A DNA stretch of 64,000 nucleotides from Glaciecola sp. (GTDB lineage: Bacteria; Pseudomonadota; Gammaproteobacteria; Enterobacterales; Alteromonadaceae): contig JBEVCF010000042.1 of assembly GCA_040514355.1 (NCBI GenBank), forward strand, positions 5,200 through 69,199, written 5' to 3'. Shown here in pieces: positions 19,456 to 29,859 of this stretch. Positions within the stretch are counted from its first letter, which is position 1; each line of letters starts with the position of its first letter. The position numbers and the translations under genes are program-made. The notes beneath the pieces were generated by a model. That model saw only the letters and a program-made list of their open reading frames with translations, did not search any database and was not told the DNA's origin.

Positions 19456-22062
19456 TTATCGCGCAGTGATAAAAGGAGACATGAATATCGCATTGGCCAT
19501 TAACTTCTCGGTACCTCGCCAATACCCGCGATGATTGACATTATCCGTAAAACCAATCACGCGCCCTTGCCCAACGGCATGCGCCACAATAGCTGATGAA
19601 TTAGCAATCAAACCCTCTACAGCCGAATAGGTATACCCTGCTAGTAAGGGATCGTCTGTATAACGCCCTACCTCAAATAATGGCTTATCTGAAGCGCGCA
19701 TGACCAAGTTATTGGTTTTGAACAGAGGTAGTACATCCTTTTTAGCGTCCATCCCCCACAGCAGAGGGTGAGTCGCATCGACAGTAGCGGCATACACCGA
19801 ACCCGCTACCTGTTTGCGCGCATTCACTAGCGCCGTATCTGCATAACGCATATCGGGGATCGCGACGGCGTTGTTAATCGCACTAGACGGACTCAAAGTC
19901 GCGGCCAACCAGTCGTGTTTGACTAAAGTGCGCAAGGCTGTGCGCTGGCCAATTAAGACACCACCGGCTTTGACCCAAGCACGGATGTTATCAATATCAT
20001 CATCCGACAAATTTGCATACGAGCCTGATACCATAATCATGTGCGTGAATTGGTCCAAATCCACCCGACCTAAGCGATCTTTATCAACCAATGCCACCGG
20101 CATATCGACTCGGGTATCTAAATAATGCCACACCTCGCCAGCTTCGTATTGGGATACACCCAAACCCGTCAAAATCATCACATTAACAGCGTCAACCGGG
20201 CGCATATCAGGGCTACCTAAATCGATCCCGGATGAAGTTAAACCGGTTTTGATATTGATAATGTCGATTTGGTATTTGGTTGCATAACGACTCACTAGCG
20301 TTTCAATATCTCGATTGCGATTTAATGCTTTAGGGATAACCACAGAGCCCGGTGCAAACGCTTGCTGCGCATTGTTAATATCTGTTGCCGTAAATGCCTG
20401 TCCCGCAATACGCATTTGTACATTCGCGGCTTGTAAGGCGTGTAATAACGCAGGCGCTTGACTATCGTGCCACCTGAAAGCATAAGCCACGGAACCTAGC
20501 TGGGTCTCACTTGCTACATCAGGTAACCACTCCGTTATCGGTGTGGTGTCAGTACGTTTGATGACTGATTTACTTACCGAGGTATAGGTAAGATTATACG
20601 CCAGGGCGATATTCCAATTGGACACATCATAAAAAGTATTATCAGGGAACGATTGTCTGGTCGAAAACAAGGATTTGAGTAAGCGATATTGCGATTGATC
20701 CAAAGCGATCAGCAATGCTTCACCGGCGCGATAAGTCATCTCATCTACGGTTATATTTTTTTGTAACAGTGACATCGCGATGCGATGTTGTTGTAATAAT
20801 TCAATAAACGCTCTGTTGCGAGTGTGATCATTGGATAGCGCGATGACATAGCCGCCCACCTTATCAGCTTTAATCAGTGCTTGGGTTTCACGACTAAAAC
20901 GCGCATGATGACCGAGTAATTCTGTTTTGTTTGCCAGCGCTCCCTCAAACGTTGAAAAGGTGGTGAGCACTTGGTTTTTAATGGTTGCAGGAAAGCTCAA
21001 CATCCCATTAATGGAATGCTGTAAATGCCCTCTTGAACTGGCTTGTTCAAATAAAACACCCACCGAGCCATGCGCATCAGGATATGTCGAACCCTTGCCA
21101 TAATAAAAATCATCAAAACGCTCTTGTGTAAAATACAACTGCTGAGCATTATCAAGGGTGTTAGCATGGAAATCGCCTAATTTCGCCGTCAAGGTTTGAT
21201 TTTCAGTACCGGTCAAAGGGTTGGTACGAGCAGGTACACCCGGTTGAAAAAAATACGTAGCATGCGTACCCATCTCATGGAAATCCGTTAAGACATGTGG
21301 ACGCCATGCCTGGAACTGCTCAACTCTTGCCTTGGACTCTGGGTGAGTCAACAATAACCAATCGCGGTTCAAATCGAACCAGTAATGATTGGTTCTCCCC
21401 GACGGGAAACGTTCCGCATGCTCGCGATGCATAGCCTCTGGTGAGGGGTGTTTCCCCTTGTGCATATTCGCCCATTGCGCGAAGCGAGAGAGGCCATCCG
21501 GATTTAACGATGGGTCGAGCAAAATAATCGCATTGTTGAGTAATTGTTCGACATCCGGACCTTGTGCTGCAGCTAAGTAATACGCAATCAACATCGCCGC
21601 ATTACTGCCAGAGGGCTCATTGCCGTGTACCGAATAACCCATGTACAAAATCAATGGAGCAGCTGCATCGGGTTGCGTACCAGCATGGATATGTTGCATG
21701 TGTTGCGCTTGCAAATCATCGAGTTTAGCCAACTGCTCAGGTTGCGTAATAGCGATTTGTACCAATGGCCGATCTTCATGAGTTTTACCTGTGATGGTAA
21801 GTTGCATCCGATCTGATTGAGTGGCCAACAACTGCATATAGCCTACTAACTGATCATGGCGAACATGCCATTTTCCAACTGGGTAGCCAAGGTATGCCTG
21901 TGGCGTAGTAATCTCGGGATTATAATCGACATTAACCGGCAAATAATCAAAGTCACTTTGTACTTGCCAATCATTTTCAGAGTTTGCTAGCGTCTGTGCA
22001 CTGACCAAGCCCAAACATATAAACGTTAACCAGAAGTGGCGTAGAGCAGTCATTCCAAACAT
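19456..22062 (-). CDS. Exported M14-family zinc carboxypeptidase
   Basis: Signal peptide, SVHGNE, NPDG, DLNRDW, DFHEM; C-terminal glutamine-amidotransferase-like region. Confidence 0.88.
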   Translation of the reverse strand: MFGMTALRHFWLTFICLGLVSAQTLANSENDWQVQSDFDYLPVNVDYNPEITTPQAYLGYPVGKWHVRHDQLVGYMQLLATQSDRMQLTITGKTHEDRPLVQIAITQPEQLAKLDDLQAQHMQHIHAGTQPDAAAPLILYMGYSVHGNEPSGSNAAMLIAYYLAAAQGPDVEQLLNNAIILLDPSLNPDGLSRFAQWANMHKGKHPSPEAMHREHAERFPSGRTNHYWFDLNRDWLLLTHPESKARVEQFQAWRPHVLTDFHEMGTHATYFFQPGVPARTNPLTGTENQTLTAKLGDFHANTLDNAQQLYFTQERFDDFYYGKGSTYPDAHGSVGVLFEQASSRGHLQHSINGMLSFPATIKNQVLTTFSTFEGALANKTELLGHHARFSRETQALIKADKVGGYVIALSNDHTRNRAFIELLQQHRIAMSLLQKNITVDEMTYRAGEALLIALDQSQYRLLKSLFSTRQSFPDNTFYDVSNWNIALAYNLTYTSVSKSVIKRTDTTPITEWLPDVASETQLGSVAYAFRWHDSQAPALLHALQAANVQMRIAGQAFTATDINNAQQAFAPGSVVIPKALNRNRDIETLVSRYATKYQIDIINIKTGLTSSGIDLGSPDMRPVDAVNVMILTGLGVSQYEAGEVWHYLDTRVDMPVALVDKDRLGRVDLDQFTHMIMVSGSYANLSDDDIDNIRAWVKAGGVLIGQRTALRTLVKHDWLAATLSPSSAINNAVAIPDMRYADTALVNARKQVAGSVYAATVDATHPLLWGMDAKKDVLPLFKTNNLVMRASDKPLFEVGRYTDDPLLAGYTYSAVEGLIANSSAIVAHAVGQGRVIGFTDNVNHRGYWRGTEKLMANAIFMSPFITAR

Positions 22063-22169
22063 CGGTCCAGTCCTTTTTTATTATTTTATATTGTCGTTAG
22101 AGCCTTGATTGTCTTATAAAAAGCCCTCACTATGCAATGTAAACGTGATGCAATGGCAAAAAGATCGCA

Positions 22170-22194
22170 ATACTTGACTGTTTTACTCAAGTAA
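22170..22194 (+). promoter_or_regulatory. IscR type-1 binding site upstream of nfuA
   Basis: ATACTTGACTGTTTTACTCAAGTAA matches ATASYYGACTRwwwYAGTCRRSTAT with 2 mismatches; nfuA is an IscR target in E. coli; extended -10 TGcTATTAT at 22198-22206. Confidence 0.8.
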
Positions 22195-22242
22195 TTTTGC
22201 TATTATACAAACCTTAGTTAGGTTAGCTTTAGGAACAAACCT

Positions 22243-22821
22243 ATGATCAATATTTCAGAAGCCGCACAAGCGCACTTTGTAAAACTGTTACAAAACCAAG
22301 AAGACAACACCAACATTCGTGTCTTTGTTGTCAACCCAGGCACGCCAACAGCAGAGTGCGGTGTCTCTTATTGCACCCCAGATGCAGTCGAAGCAAATGA
22401 TATTCGCTTGCCGTTTAGTGGTTTTGATGCCGTAGTCGATCCAGAATCAGCGCCGTTCTTGGAAGAGGCCGAGATTGATTTCGTTACTGACCAAATGGGT
22501 TCACAACTAACACTCAAAGCGCCAAATGCCAAAGCCAAAAAACTGGCCGATGACGCCTCATTAATTGAACGTGTTGAATATCTGATCACCACCGAGATCA
22601 ACCCACAACTCGCCAACCACAATGGTCAAGTCACCTTAACCGAGATCACGCCAGAAGGGGTGGCGGTACTCCAATTTGGTGGTGGATGTAATGGCTGCTC
22701 GATGGTTGATGTCACCCTCAAAGATGGGATTGAAAAACAAATGCTAGAAAAATTCGCCGGTGAGTTAACGGGCGTAAAAGACGCGACTGAGCACTTGGCT
22801 GGCGAGCACTCTTACTACTAA
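22243..22821 (+). CDS. nfuA: Fe-S biogenesis protein NfuA
   Basis: [40 protein letters not shown]. Confidence 0.97.
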   Translation: MINISEAAQAHFVKLLQNQEDNTNIRVFVVNPGTPTAECGVSYCTPDAVEANDIRLPFSGFDAVVDPESAPFLEEAEIDFVTDQMGSQLTLKAPNAKAKKLADDASLIERVEYLITTEINPQLANHNGQVTLTEITPEGVAVLQFGGGCNGCSMVDVTLKDGIEKQMLEKFAGELTGVKDATEHLAGEHSYY

Positions 22822-22936
22822 ACTGTACTGCCAGCATTAAGGATAATGCACGACGGCAAGGCCGTCAGTGCGTTCTCCACATTGTGACAATACCCCCGAA
22901 AAAACACTGACGGCCTGTCACAAAGCTAAATATACT

Positions 22937-24358
22937 TTACTTGGCCGTTGCTACGTAATCTTGTCTGTATAACCAATACAAATGTCCGCCTAACGTCAGT
23001 CCACGCACGGTTTGTAGACCCAACAAGGCGCACCACAAGTCGATGTTACTGGCTCCATTGTGTTGCGTTGCTATCCAATACACAACAAAAAATCCGACTA
23101 CAGCACTGACCAACATGCTGTTACGCATGACCTTACCTGCAGTAAATCCAATATATATGCCATCCAAGCAGTAGCACCAATGTGCTAAAAAGGGGAGCCA
23201 GACCATCAACCAATAATACGGCTGGGTTGCTTCGATAATGCTTCCTTGATTGGTTAGTATTGTCACAAACCAAGTATAGCCCAACGCCATCACAAGCATT
23301 GTTCCTAAACCAAACAAGGTCGACCAGACCAACGAAATCTGGATATCTCGCCACATCTTAGGCGATAAACTCAACTGTTCGTCTTGTGCGCCTTTGGCTT
23401 CCCCAATCATAGCTTCAATAGCGTATGCCACACCGTCTAACCCAAGTGCAATAAACACAAAAAATTGCATGAGAATCGCATTAACCGCTGCCGCTTCCAC
23501 CCCAAAACGGGCGCCTTGGTAAGTCAAAAACGCCAAGCACGCTTGTAAGATGATCGATCGAATAAACAAATCCCGGTTAAGCGACAGCACATGTCGAAAC
23601 GACCGTAGTTGCAATGCGGATGGGCTGATTAAATAGCGCTGCCAATAGGCTTTAACAGTACGCGGCAATGAGTGGGGATGCTGGGCATGGATACGTCGTA
23701 AACTGTGTCGCAAAATCCAGTACAAGGAGCACAGCAACATGACCCATTCAGCAACAATTGTCGCGTAAGCTACGCCCGCCACGCCCCAGGCGAAGACATA
23801 AACGAACAGTAAATTAAGCAAAATATTGAGCGCATTCACTCCAATCTGCAGCCCCATTACAGCTTTGGTGCGATGCTGTCCCACCAAGTACCCAATGGTA
23901 ACAAGGTTTAAGAGTGCGATAGGGGCGTTCGCAATACGAATTTGAAAATACGTTTCCAGGCTTTGTGCTGCTAGGGCAGGCAATGTTGTCCACTGCAATA
24001 ATAAGATCTGTATCGGTCGCTGCAGCAACCACAATATCAAACCAATCACAACTGCGAGTAAACAAGCTCGGAGCAAATCATCCCACATGCCCTGTAATTT
24101 ACCCGATACCGTCGCTTTACCCTTTTCTTGGGCAGCTAGACCAGTCATAGATTGGCGAAAGAAGCCACATAGCCAATACAGTTGTGCAATAATAAACGCG
24201 CCAACAGCCGTACCAGCCAAATACTCAGGCGCACCGAGATGCCCAAGCACAGCTGTATCCACCAAGCCAAGAAGCGGCTGGGAGATATTAGCTAAAATCA
24301 TCGGGAAGGCTAGCGTTAACAAGGTACGATGCCTTGGAGATTGCAAAAAGGCGGTCAT
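22937..24358 (-). CDS. dinF: MATE-family efflux transporter, DinF-like
   Basis: LAFPMILANISQPLLGLVDTAVLGHL, ALGLDGVAYA; about 12 TM segments. Confidence 0.88.
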   Translation of the reverse strand: MTAFLQSPRHRTLLTLAFPMILANISQPLLGLVDTAVLGHLGAPEYLAGTAVGAFIIAQLYWLCGFFRQSMTGLAAQEKGKATVSGKLQGMWDDLLRACLLAVVIGLILWLLQRPIQILLLQWTTLPALAAQSLETYFQIRIANAPIALLNLVTIGYLVGQHRTKAVMGLQIGVNALNILLNLLFVYVFAWGVAGVAYATIVAEWVMLLCSLYWILRHSLRRIHAQHPHSLPRTVKAYWQRYLISPSALQLRSFRHVLSLNRDLFIRSIILQACLAFLTYQGARFGVEAAAVNAILMQFFVFIALGLDGVAYAIEAMIGEAKGAQDEQLSLSPKMWRDIQISLVWSTLFGLGTMLVMALGYTWFVTILTNQGSIIEATQPYYWLMVWLPFLAHWCYCLDGIYIGFTAGKVMRNSMLVSAVVGFFVVYWIATQHNGASNIDLWCALLGLQTVRGLTLGGHLYWLYRQDYVATAK

Positions 24359-24449
24359 GCAGGGTATTCATTCGTCAAAGTCAGACGATATGGTAACATA
24401 TTCTTTACTCCAAAAAATGTTGGTTCCGGTACTTAGAGATATACGTAAC

Positions 24450-25544
24450 ATGATAACAATGACTCGTTGCACCATGTATTTGCTCCTATTTGGAGCGTTA
24501 TTTTCTACCTTGCCTTTTGCTTCACAGGCAACCTCTCGCACTGCCACCCCCGCTGTGTTACTCGATAATGCTGTATTATTGCAATACCATCATGTTGCAG
24601 ATGATACGCCTGCAATTACATCAACCCGACCCGAGGTATTTGCCGAGCACATGGCTTACTTAGCCGCACATTATACTGTCCTGCCGGTACCAACCATTAT
24701 CGAATCGTTACAACATGGCAAACCCTTACCTGATAAAACGATTGGCATCACTTTTGACGATGGCTATGAGAATATCTATCGGATTGCCCATCCTATTTTG
24801 CGTCAATACAATTTCCCCTACACCGTTTTCATTAACCCACCTAGTATTGGAAAAAGTAGAGGTCAACTGACTTGGCAACAAATTGCTCAAATGCAACAAG
24901 AGGGCGTGACCTTTGCTAACCATACTCTGGATCACTTACACCTGCTAAATCGTTTAGAAAATGAATCGCCAGAGCAGTGGTTGACACGAGTCATAGCGAA
25001 TATTGAAGAAGCAGAAACGGAACTTAACCAAAGAATAGGATATTCCCTGCGCTATCTTGCCTATCCTTTTGGCGAATTTAATACCGCGATCCAAAGAGCA
25101 GTAACGGATGCAGGCTACGTAGGCTTTGCGCAGTTCTCAGGAGGCATTGCCAGTTTTAGCGACTTCAGCGCTTTACCACGCTACCCAGCAGGTGGTCGTT
25201 ATGCCTCTTTGCGTACCCTCAAAACCAAAATGGCCAGTCTCGCTTTTCCCGTTTTAACGAATAATATTACCGACCCAGTGGTCACTGATACCATGCCAAG
25301 CGACATGGTGTTAACCGTGGATAACAGTGATTTTTACCTGTCTCAGGTTAGCTGTTTTTATCAAGGCGAGCGTCTTGTTCTGACCCGCCAAGACAATCAA
25401 GTCAGTATGCCGCTACCGGAGGTGTTTCCTGTCGGGCGCAGTCGCATCAACTGTACAGCACCCAGCAAGCAACATAAAGGCCGGTTTTATTGGTATTCAC
25501 AGCCTTTTTTTAGGGCTAATGCCACAGGGAAATACCCAGATTGA
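24450..25544 (+). CDS. Exported polysaccharide deacetylase (NodB domain)
   Basis: LQYHHV, ITFDDGY, NHTLDH, LAYPFGE; signal peptide; start at one of the ATGs 24450, 24459 or 24474. Confidence 0.88.
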   Translation: MITMTRCTMYLLLFGALFSTLPFASQATSRTATPAVLLDNAVLLQYHHVADDTPAITSTRPEVFAEHMAYLAAHYTVLPVPTIIESLQHGKPLPDKTIGITFDDGYENIYRIAHPILRQYNFPYTVFINPPSIGKSRGQLTWQQIAQMQQEGVTFANHTLDHLHLLNRLENESPEQWLTRVIANIEEAETELNQRIGYSLRYLAYPFGEFNTAIQRAVTDAGYVGFAQFSGGIASFSDFSALPRYPAGGRYASLRTLKTKMASLAFPVLTNNITDPVVTDTMPSDMVLTVDNSDFYLSQVSCFYQGERLVLTRQDNQVSMPLPEVFPVGRSRINCTAPSKQHKGRFYWYSQPFFRANATGKYPD

Positions 25545-25576
25545 GAAGAAATAACCAAACACTGCGTCTTGAGCGC

Positions 25577-26263
25577 TTATCGACTCACAACCAAAGGTAA
25601 ATCGGCCAGAATTTGTTCGGTATCACTGATTGCGATTTGACCCGGTGCATGTTGAGGTTTAAAACGGCCAACCACTTGACCTTGAGGATTGATTAGCACC
25701 ACCGAACCAGAGTGATCAACGAGATAATTGGGTTCCGAAGTATCACCCGCCATCGCATACATCATACCCATGCTTCGCACCAGTGGATATAATTCCTTGT
25801 GCTCCCCGGTAGCAGCAACAAATTCATCATTGAAAAACTGGACGTACGATGCAAGGCGCTCAACGGTATCGCGTTGTGGATCGACAGATAAAAACCACAC
25901 CCGAATCGGATACTCACCTTGGATGGCTGATAATTTTGGATAAGCTCGGTTGAGTGCCGCAAGCGTCGTAGGGCATATATCAGGGCAAAAGGTATAACCT
26001 ACAAATGCCAGCGTCCATTGTCCTTGTAGATCAGCATTCGTCATCTTCAGGTTGTCATCAGTGACTAATGTGAAATCAACCAGTTCGCGCGGCTGTGGGT
26101 ACCACTGCAGATATTGTGTCCCATATTGAGTAGCAAAATCTGCTGCCACATCTGACTTCCGCGCACTGTCTGGACCAAATAACGTATACCCTAACACGCC
26201 TGTCATCACGCCAAACAGGGCCGCTAAAATAATGAATTTAATATTGCCACGTTGTCGCTGCAT
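25577..26263 (-). CDS. SCO family copper chaperone
   Basis: GYTFCPDICP, SVDPQRD, VDHSG. Confidence 0.93.
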   Translation of the reverse strand: MQRQRGNIKFIILAALFGVMTGVLGYTLFGPDSARKSDVAADFATQYGTQYLQWYPQPRELVDFTLVTDDNLKMTNADLQGQWTLAFVGYTFCPDICPTTLAALNRAYPKLSAIQGEYPIRVWFLSVDPQRDTVERLASYVQFFNDEFVAATGEHKELYPLVRSMGMMYAMAGDTSEPNYLVDHSGSVVLINPQGQVVGRFKPQHAPGQIAISDTEQILADLPLVVSR

Positions 26264-26303
26264 GAATATGAAAACTCTCGCTCCCTCTAAACCCGTCGTT
26301 CTA

Positions 26304-27218
26304 TCATAGCGTGATGGGAATATAATGGTCTAGCAACAAGACCAAAAAGAGCACCATTAAATGAATAATGGAATATTTGAAGGTTGCCATGGCCGTACCA
26401 GGCTCTGGCTTATACTTAAGTTTGTAGGCATACCACATAAACCCAGCATTCAGGGCGGTTGAACCGACCAAATAAATAACATCGGCCATACCCGCCAAGT
26501 AGGGTAACAAGCATACTAGACACAATAACACGGTATACAACAGCACAAATGTCTTGGTGTATTCAATGCCGTGTGTCACCGGTAACATAGGAATTTCAGC
26601 TTTGGCGTAATCTTTTTCGCGGTGAATCGCCAAGGCCCAAAAGTGAGGTGGTGTCCAAGTAAAAATGATCAAGACGAGTAATAATGGAAAGGCGTGAATC
26701 TCACCCGTTACTGCCGTCCAACCTAACAAAGGAGGGATCGCACCAGCCAGACCGCCAATAACAATATTTTGCGGTGTGGCACGTTTGAGAAATAAGGTAT
26801 AAATACCCGCATAGCCGACCAAGCCGGCAAAGGTTAAAATAGCCGTCAAACGATTCACCCAAAGCTCTAGCGCCATATAACCTAAAACACCTAGGATTAA
26901 GGCAAATACTAAGGCCTGCTTACTGGTCACTCTGCCTTTGGCAACAGGGCGATTGAAGGTCCGAGCCATTTTACTATCAATTTCATGATCGACCACATGA
27001 TTGACCACTGCCGCTGCTGATGATAAGGCCCCGATACCGAACAACCCGACAATTAAGGTTTGAGCATCAATCCACGTTTCAGACGCAAGGCACATACCGA
27101 CCAGTGCCGTTAGCAACAATAACAACACCACATTGGGTTTGGTCATTTCATAATAGTCACGCCACGTCGCACGTTGAGCACTGTGGGTAGGTTTGGCGAT
27201 GGAAACAGAATTGGCCAT
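26304..27218 (-). CDS. cyoE: Heme o synthase (protoheme IX farnesyltransferase)
   Basis: D..ID.KMART.NRP, LKRATPQNIVIGG, WTPPHFWAL. Confidence 0.95.
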   Translation of the reverse strand: MANSVSIAKPTHSAQRATWRDYYEMTKPNVVLLLLLTALVGMCLASETWIDAQTLIVGLFGIGALSSAAAVVNHVVDHEIDSKMARTFNRPVAKGRVTSKQALVFALILGVLGYMALELWVNRLTAILTFAGLVGYAGIYTLFLKRATPQNIVIGGLAGAIPPLLGWTAVTGEIHAFPLLLVLIIFTWTPPHFWALAIHREKDYAKAEIPMLPVTHGIEYTKTFVLLYTVLLCLVCLLPYLAGMADVIYLVGSTALNAGFMWYAYKLKYKPEPGTAMATFKYSIIHLMVLFLVLLLDHYIPITL

Positions 27219-27227
27219 GGGAAACTC

Positions 27228-28205
27228 CTACACTTTTCGATAAAGGGTATATGTGGTCATAACCATGACCAGTAAAAGACAAGCTGCAACAGCATTGTGC
27301 AAGGTCGCAACAGTCAAAGGTAATGAATACACAACGTTGCTAATACCCAATGCCACTTGGATACCTAACACCACAACTATGGTGACACCTAACTTGCGCA
27401 GTACATTTGAGTGTGACTTTGACCACAGTACATAGGCCAGCCATAGTAAATAAGCACTCACCACTATCGCGCCGAAACGGTGTACGACATGCATTGTCAT
27501 GCGTTCATAATAGGGATGTACGCCATACTCATAATTATCTGCTTCCGGGATACTAAAAGCACCGGAAAAGGCCAAGTTTTCTGACCAATTTCCCTCACAT
27601 ATCGGCAACGCCGTACATGCTAATGATGCATAATTAGCGGATACCCAGCCACCCAATGCAATCTGTCCAATCAGTAATGCCATCCCTAACAGCGCAAACT
27701 TGGCATAGTCGCGCATGTGACTATTGCCCATGGGTAATGCATATGGGGTCATGCGTAAATACAACAAAAATAAACAGGATATAACGGTGAAGCCACCCAA
27801 CAAATGTAACATTACTACTGCTGGTAGGAGGTTGAGCGTAACCGTCCACATCCCTAATGCACCTTGAAAACACACCATTACTAGCAAAAAAATCGGCAAC
27901 CGCATCGGTGCGTGAGGTTTGCGTTTAAACACTGCCATACCGGCAATGATGAGAATAAAGAATCCTAACGACGATGCAAAATAGCGATGAATCATTTCAT
28001 TCCACGCCTTTTCAACTTCAACAGGACGCTCTGGGAAAGCTTGGTTGGCTTCAGCGATGGTTTCTTGTGTCATGGGTACACCCACTAAACCATAACAACC
28101 TGGCCAATCAGGGCAACCTAATCCGGCATCGGTTAAACGAGTATATGCACCTAAAACAATGACTACGAGCGCAAGTAAAATACTCGCCAAGACCAACTTC
28201 TTCAT
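27228..28205 (-). CDS. ctaA: Heme A synthase COX15/CtaA
   Basis: GLGCPDWPGC, EMIHRY, HLLGG, HRFGA, LHN. Confidence 0.92.
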   Translation of the reverse strand: MKKLVLASILLALVVIVLGAYTRLTDAGLGCPDWPGCYGLVGVPMTQETIAEANQAFPERPVEVEKAWNEMIHRYFASSLGFFILIIAGMAVFKRKPHAPMRLPIFLLVMVCFQGALGMWTVTLNLLPAVVMLHLLGGFTVISCLFLLYLRMTPYALPMGNSHMRDYAKFALLGMALLIGQIALGGWVSANYASLACTALPICEGNWSENLAFSGAFSIPEADNYEYGVHPYYERMTMHVVHRFGAIVVSAYLLWLAYVLWSKSHSNVLRKLGVTIVVVLGIQVALGISNVVYSLPLTVATLHNAVAACLLLVMVMTTYTLYRKV

Positions 28206-28214
28206 GTTTGTTAC

Positions 28215-28799
28215 TTATCCTATTCGCGATAATTTGAGCAGTTTTCTGACATCGCTCAAAATCAAGCGACTCCCCTGCACTGCCTCTTCTTTATTTTTAT
28301 ACAGTGGATGCTTCAACATACCGTTATTCAACGTATCCACAATAAAAATACCATCTACATCGACATTTTTAAACATCTCGTTTACATTTTTTTGGCTTAT
28401 TTTTAACGTATCGATAGTATGCTGCGTTTCCACTGCACCTTGCTCTCGATAAATCCGTGTGAGGTTGCTGGCGCTGAGTAAGTCCGTTGCACTGTTTTCA
28501 GTCAGAATTAACAGAGGTTGGATCCTTCCACTGTGTTTGCCCATAGCAGTGTGCACTTGTTGAATAGCAAATAACGCATTCTCACAAGCCGCATCACATA
28601 TAGCCGGGGCAACATAAACTAGGCGCCACAATGGTGCCTTAGTACTGAACGCTTGATTGAAGTCTATGACAGGATTGAGTAGTTCACCTGAATTTGTAGA
28701 TGCTTTATTGAAAAAATCACTCTCAAGGGCAATTTTGGCCAAAATGACGGGTAACACAAAGACAAATAGCAATAACAACAAGGCTTTTTTGTTATTCAT
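28215..28799 (-). CDS. Cytochrome oxidase-associated membrane-anchored protein (thioredoxin-like CxxxC)
   Basis: N-terminal TM, NSGELL.P, CDAAC, C-terminal DVRKLLKLSRIG; typical cox-cluster position. Confidence 0.75.
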   Translation of the reverse strand: MNNKKALLLLLFVFVLPVILAKIALESDFFNKASTNSGELLNPVIDFNQAFSTKAPLWRLVYVAPAICDAACENALFAIQQVHTAMGKHSGRIQPLLILTENSATDLLSASNLTRIYREQGAVETQHTIDTLKISQKNVNEMFKNVDVDGIFIVDTLNNGMLKHPLYKNKEEAVQGSRLILSDVRKLLKLSRIG

Positions 28800-28814
28800 G
28801 AATTCTCCTAATTA

Positions 28815-29564
28815 TTATTCTGCTGAAGTGAATGACTTGGCATCAATCTTATTGACATTGCGGTATAGACGCCAGTAAATGAGAACCAAAGCGAAAGCTA
28901 GACCGTACCATTGCAATGCATAACCTAGATGCTTCTCTGCAGCCATCACCACCGGGGTCCAACGCCTCACAAAGTTTGGGTCGTCATCGGTTAAGGTCAA
29001 CATGAAGGGACGGAGTGGCAAATCCGCAAACTCCGACATACGAACAAAATCGACTTGTTGTATGACTTTGGGGAACTCACCATCATTGCTGGCCGTTTCA
29101 GTGACGAAACGATTCATTCCAGGTATGACGATTCTGCCCGTGGCAGTAAAAGGCGTTGTGGTTAAAAAGCTCACCTCAGGCAACAAAATGCGTGAGGTAT
29201 CGCCTTTGACCCACCCGAAATTAATCAAGACCCAACCTATATTGGTTTCTGCAGGGATGATCAATTCATACCCGACTTGACCATCGATTTGACGGTTGTC
29301 CAACCAAAACCATTTTTGAGACAGGCGGAAAAATGTATCTGCTACCGGTAGATCTTTTATTTCATTCCTGTAACCGAGTATTTCATTCAATGTAAAAGGA
29401 GTCTGCGCTGTTTTCTCAGCAATCGAGGTCATGCGCGCATCCTTCGCAAAATACCGATTGGTTTGCCAAGTCCCTAGCAAACACAAGCAGATAAACACAA
29501 TTAACACGACTAAATGTGAAATAAGTGTTAAGCTTTTGTTATTCTTATTCATGCGTACAAGCAT
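28815..29564 (-). CDS. SURF1 family protein
   Basis: LGTWQ..R, LDNR...GQVGY, INFGWV, KHLGYALQWY. Confidence 0.9.
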   Translation of the reverse strand: MLVRMNKNNKSLTLISHLVVLIVFICLCLLGTWQTNRYFAKDARMTSIAEKTAQTPFTLNEILGYRNEIKDLPVADTFFRLSQKWFWLDNRQIDGQVGYELIIPAETNIGWVLINFGWVKGDTSRILLPEVSFLTTTPFTATGRIVIPGMNRFVTETASNDGEFPKVIQQVDFVRMSEFADLPLRPFMLTLTDDDPNFVRRWTPVVMAAEKHLGYALQWYGLAFALVLIYWRLYRNVNKIDAKSFTSAE

Positions 29565-29588
29565 ACCTGATTATTTTGGAAAAACACC

Positions 29589-29798
29589 ATGCTTATAAAA
29601 ATATTAATTGGTGGGTTACTCATATTCATGATTTTTAACCTTTTTCGAGCCATGAAAATTATGTTGAGTGATCAAAAACCTGAACAGAATATGTCGACAT
29701 ACATCGGACGAAGAGTACTGGCTTCTGTTGCCATCATCTTCATTATCATTCTAGCCGTTGCTTTTGGCCTTATTGAACCAAATCCCCGCCCTTATTAA
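29589..29798 (+). CDS. DUF2909 twin-transmembrane protein
   Basis: Two TM segments, MS.YIGRRV, GLIEPNPRPY; inverted between SURF1 and cox3 as usual. Confidence 0.85.
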   Translation: MLIKILIGGLLIFMIFNLFRAMKIMLSDQKPEQNMSTYIGRRVLASVAIIFIIILAVAFGLIEPNPRPY

Positions 29799-29815
29799 TG
29801 TTAATATTTAGACAC

Positions 29816-29850
29816 AAAAAAACCAGCGTACAACAAGTACGCTGGTTTTT
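29816..29850. terminator. Bidirectional intrinsic terminator (DUF2909 / cox3)
   Basis: AAAAACCAGCGTAC-loop-GTACGCTGGTTTTT. Confidence 0.85.
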
Positions 29851-29859
29851 GTTTGTGAC

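Noticed and set aside
24087-24449. Long N-terminal extension of the polysaccharide deacetylase ORF
   Set aside because: Overlaps dinF antisense; the signal peptide begins near 24450-24474.
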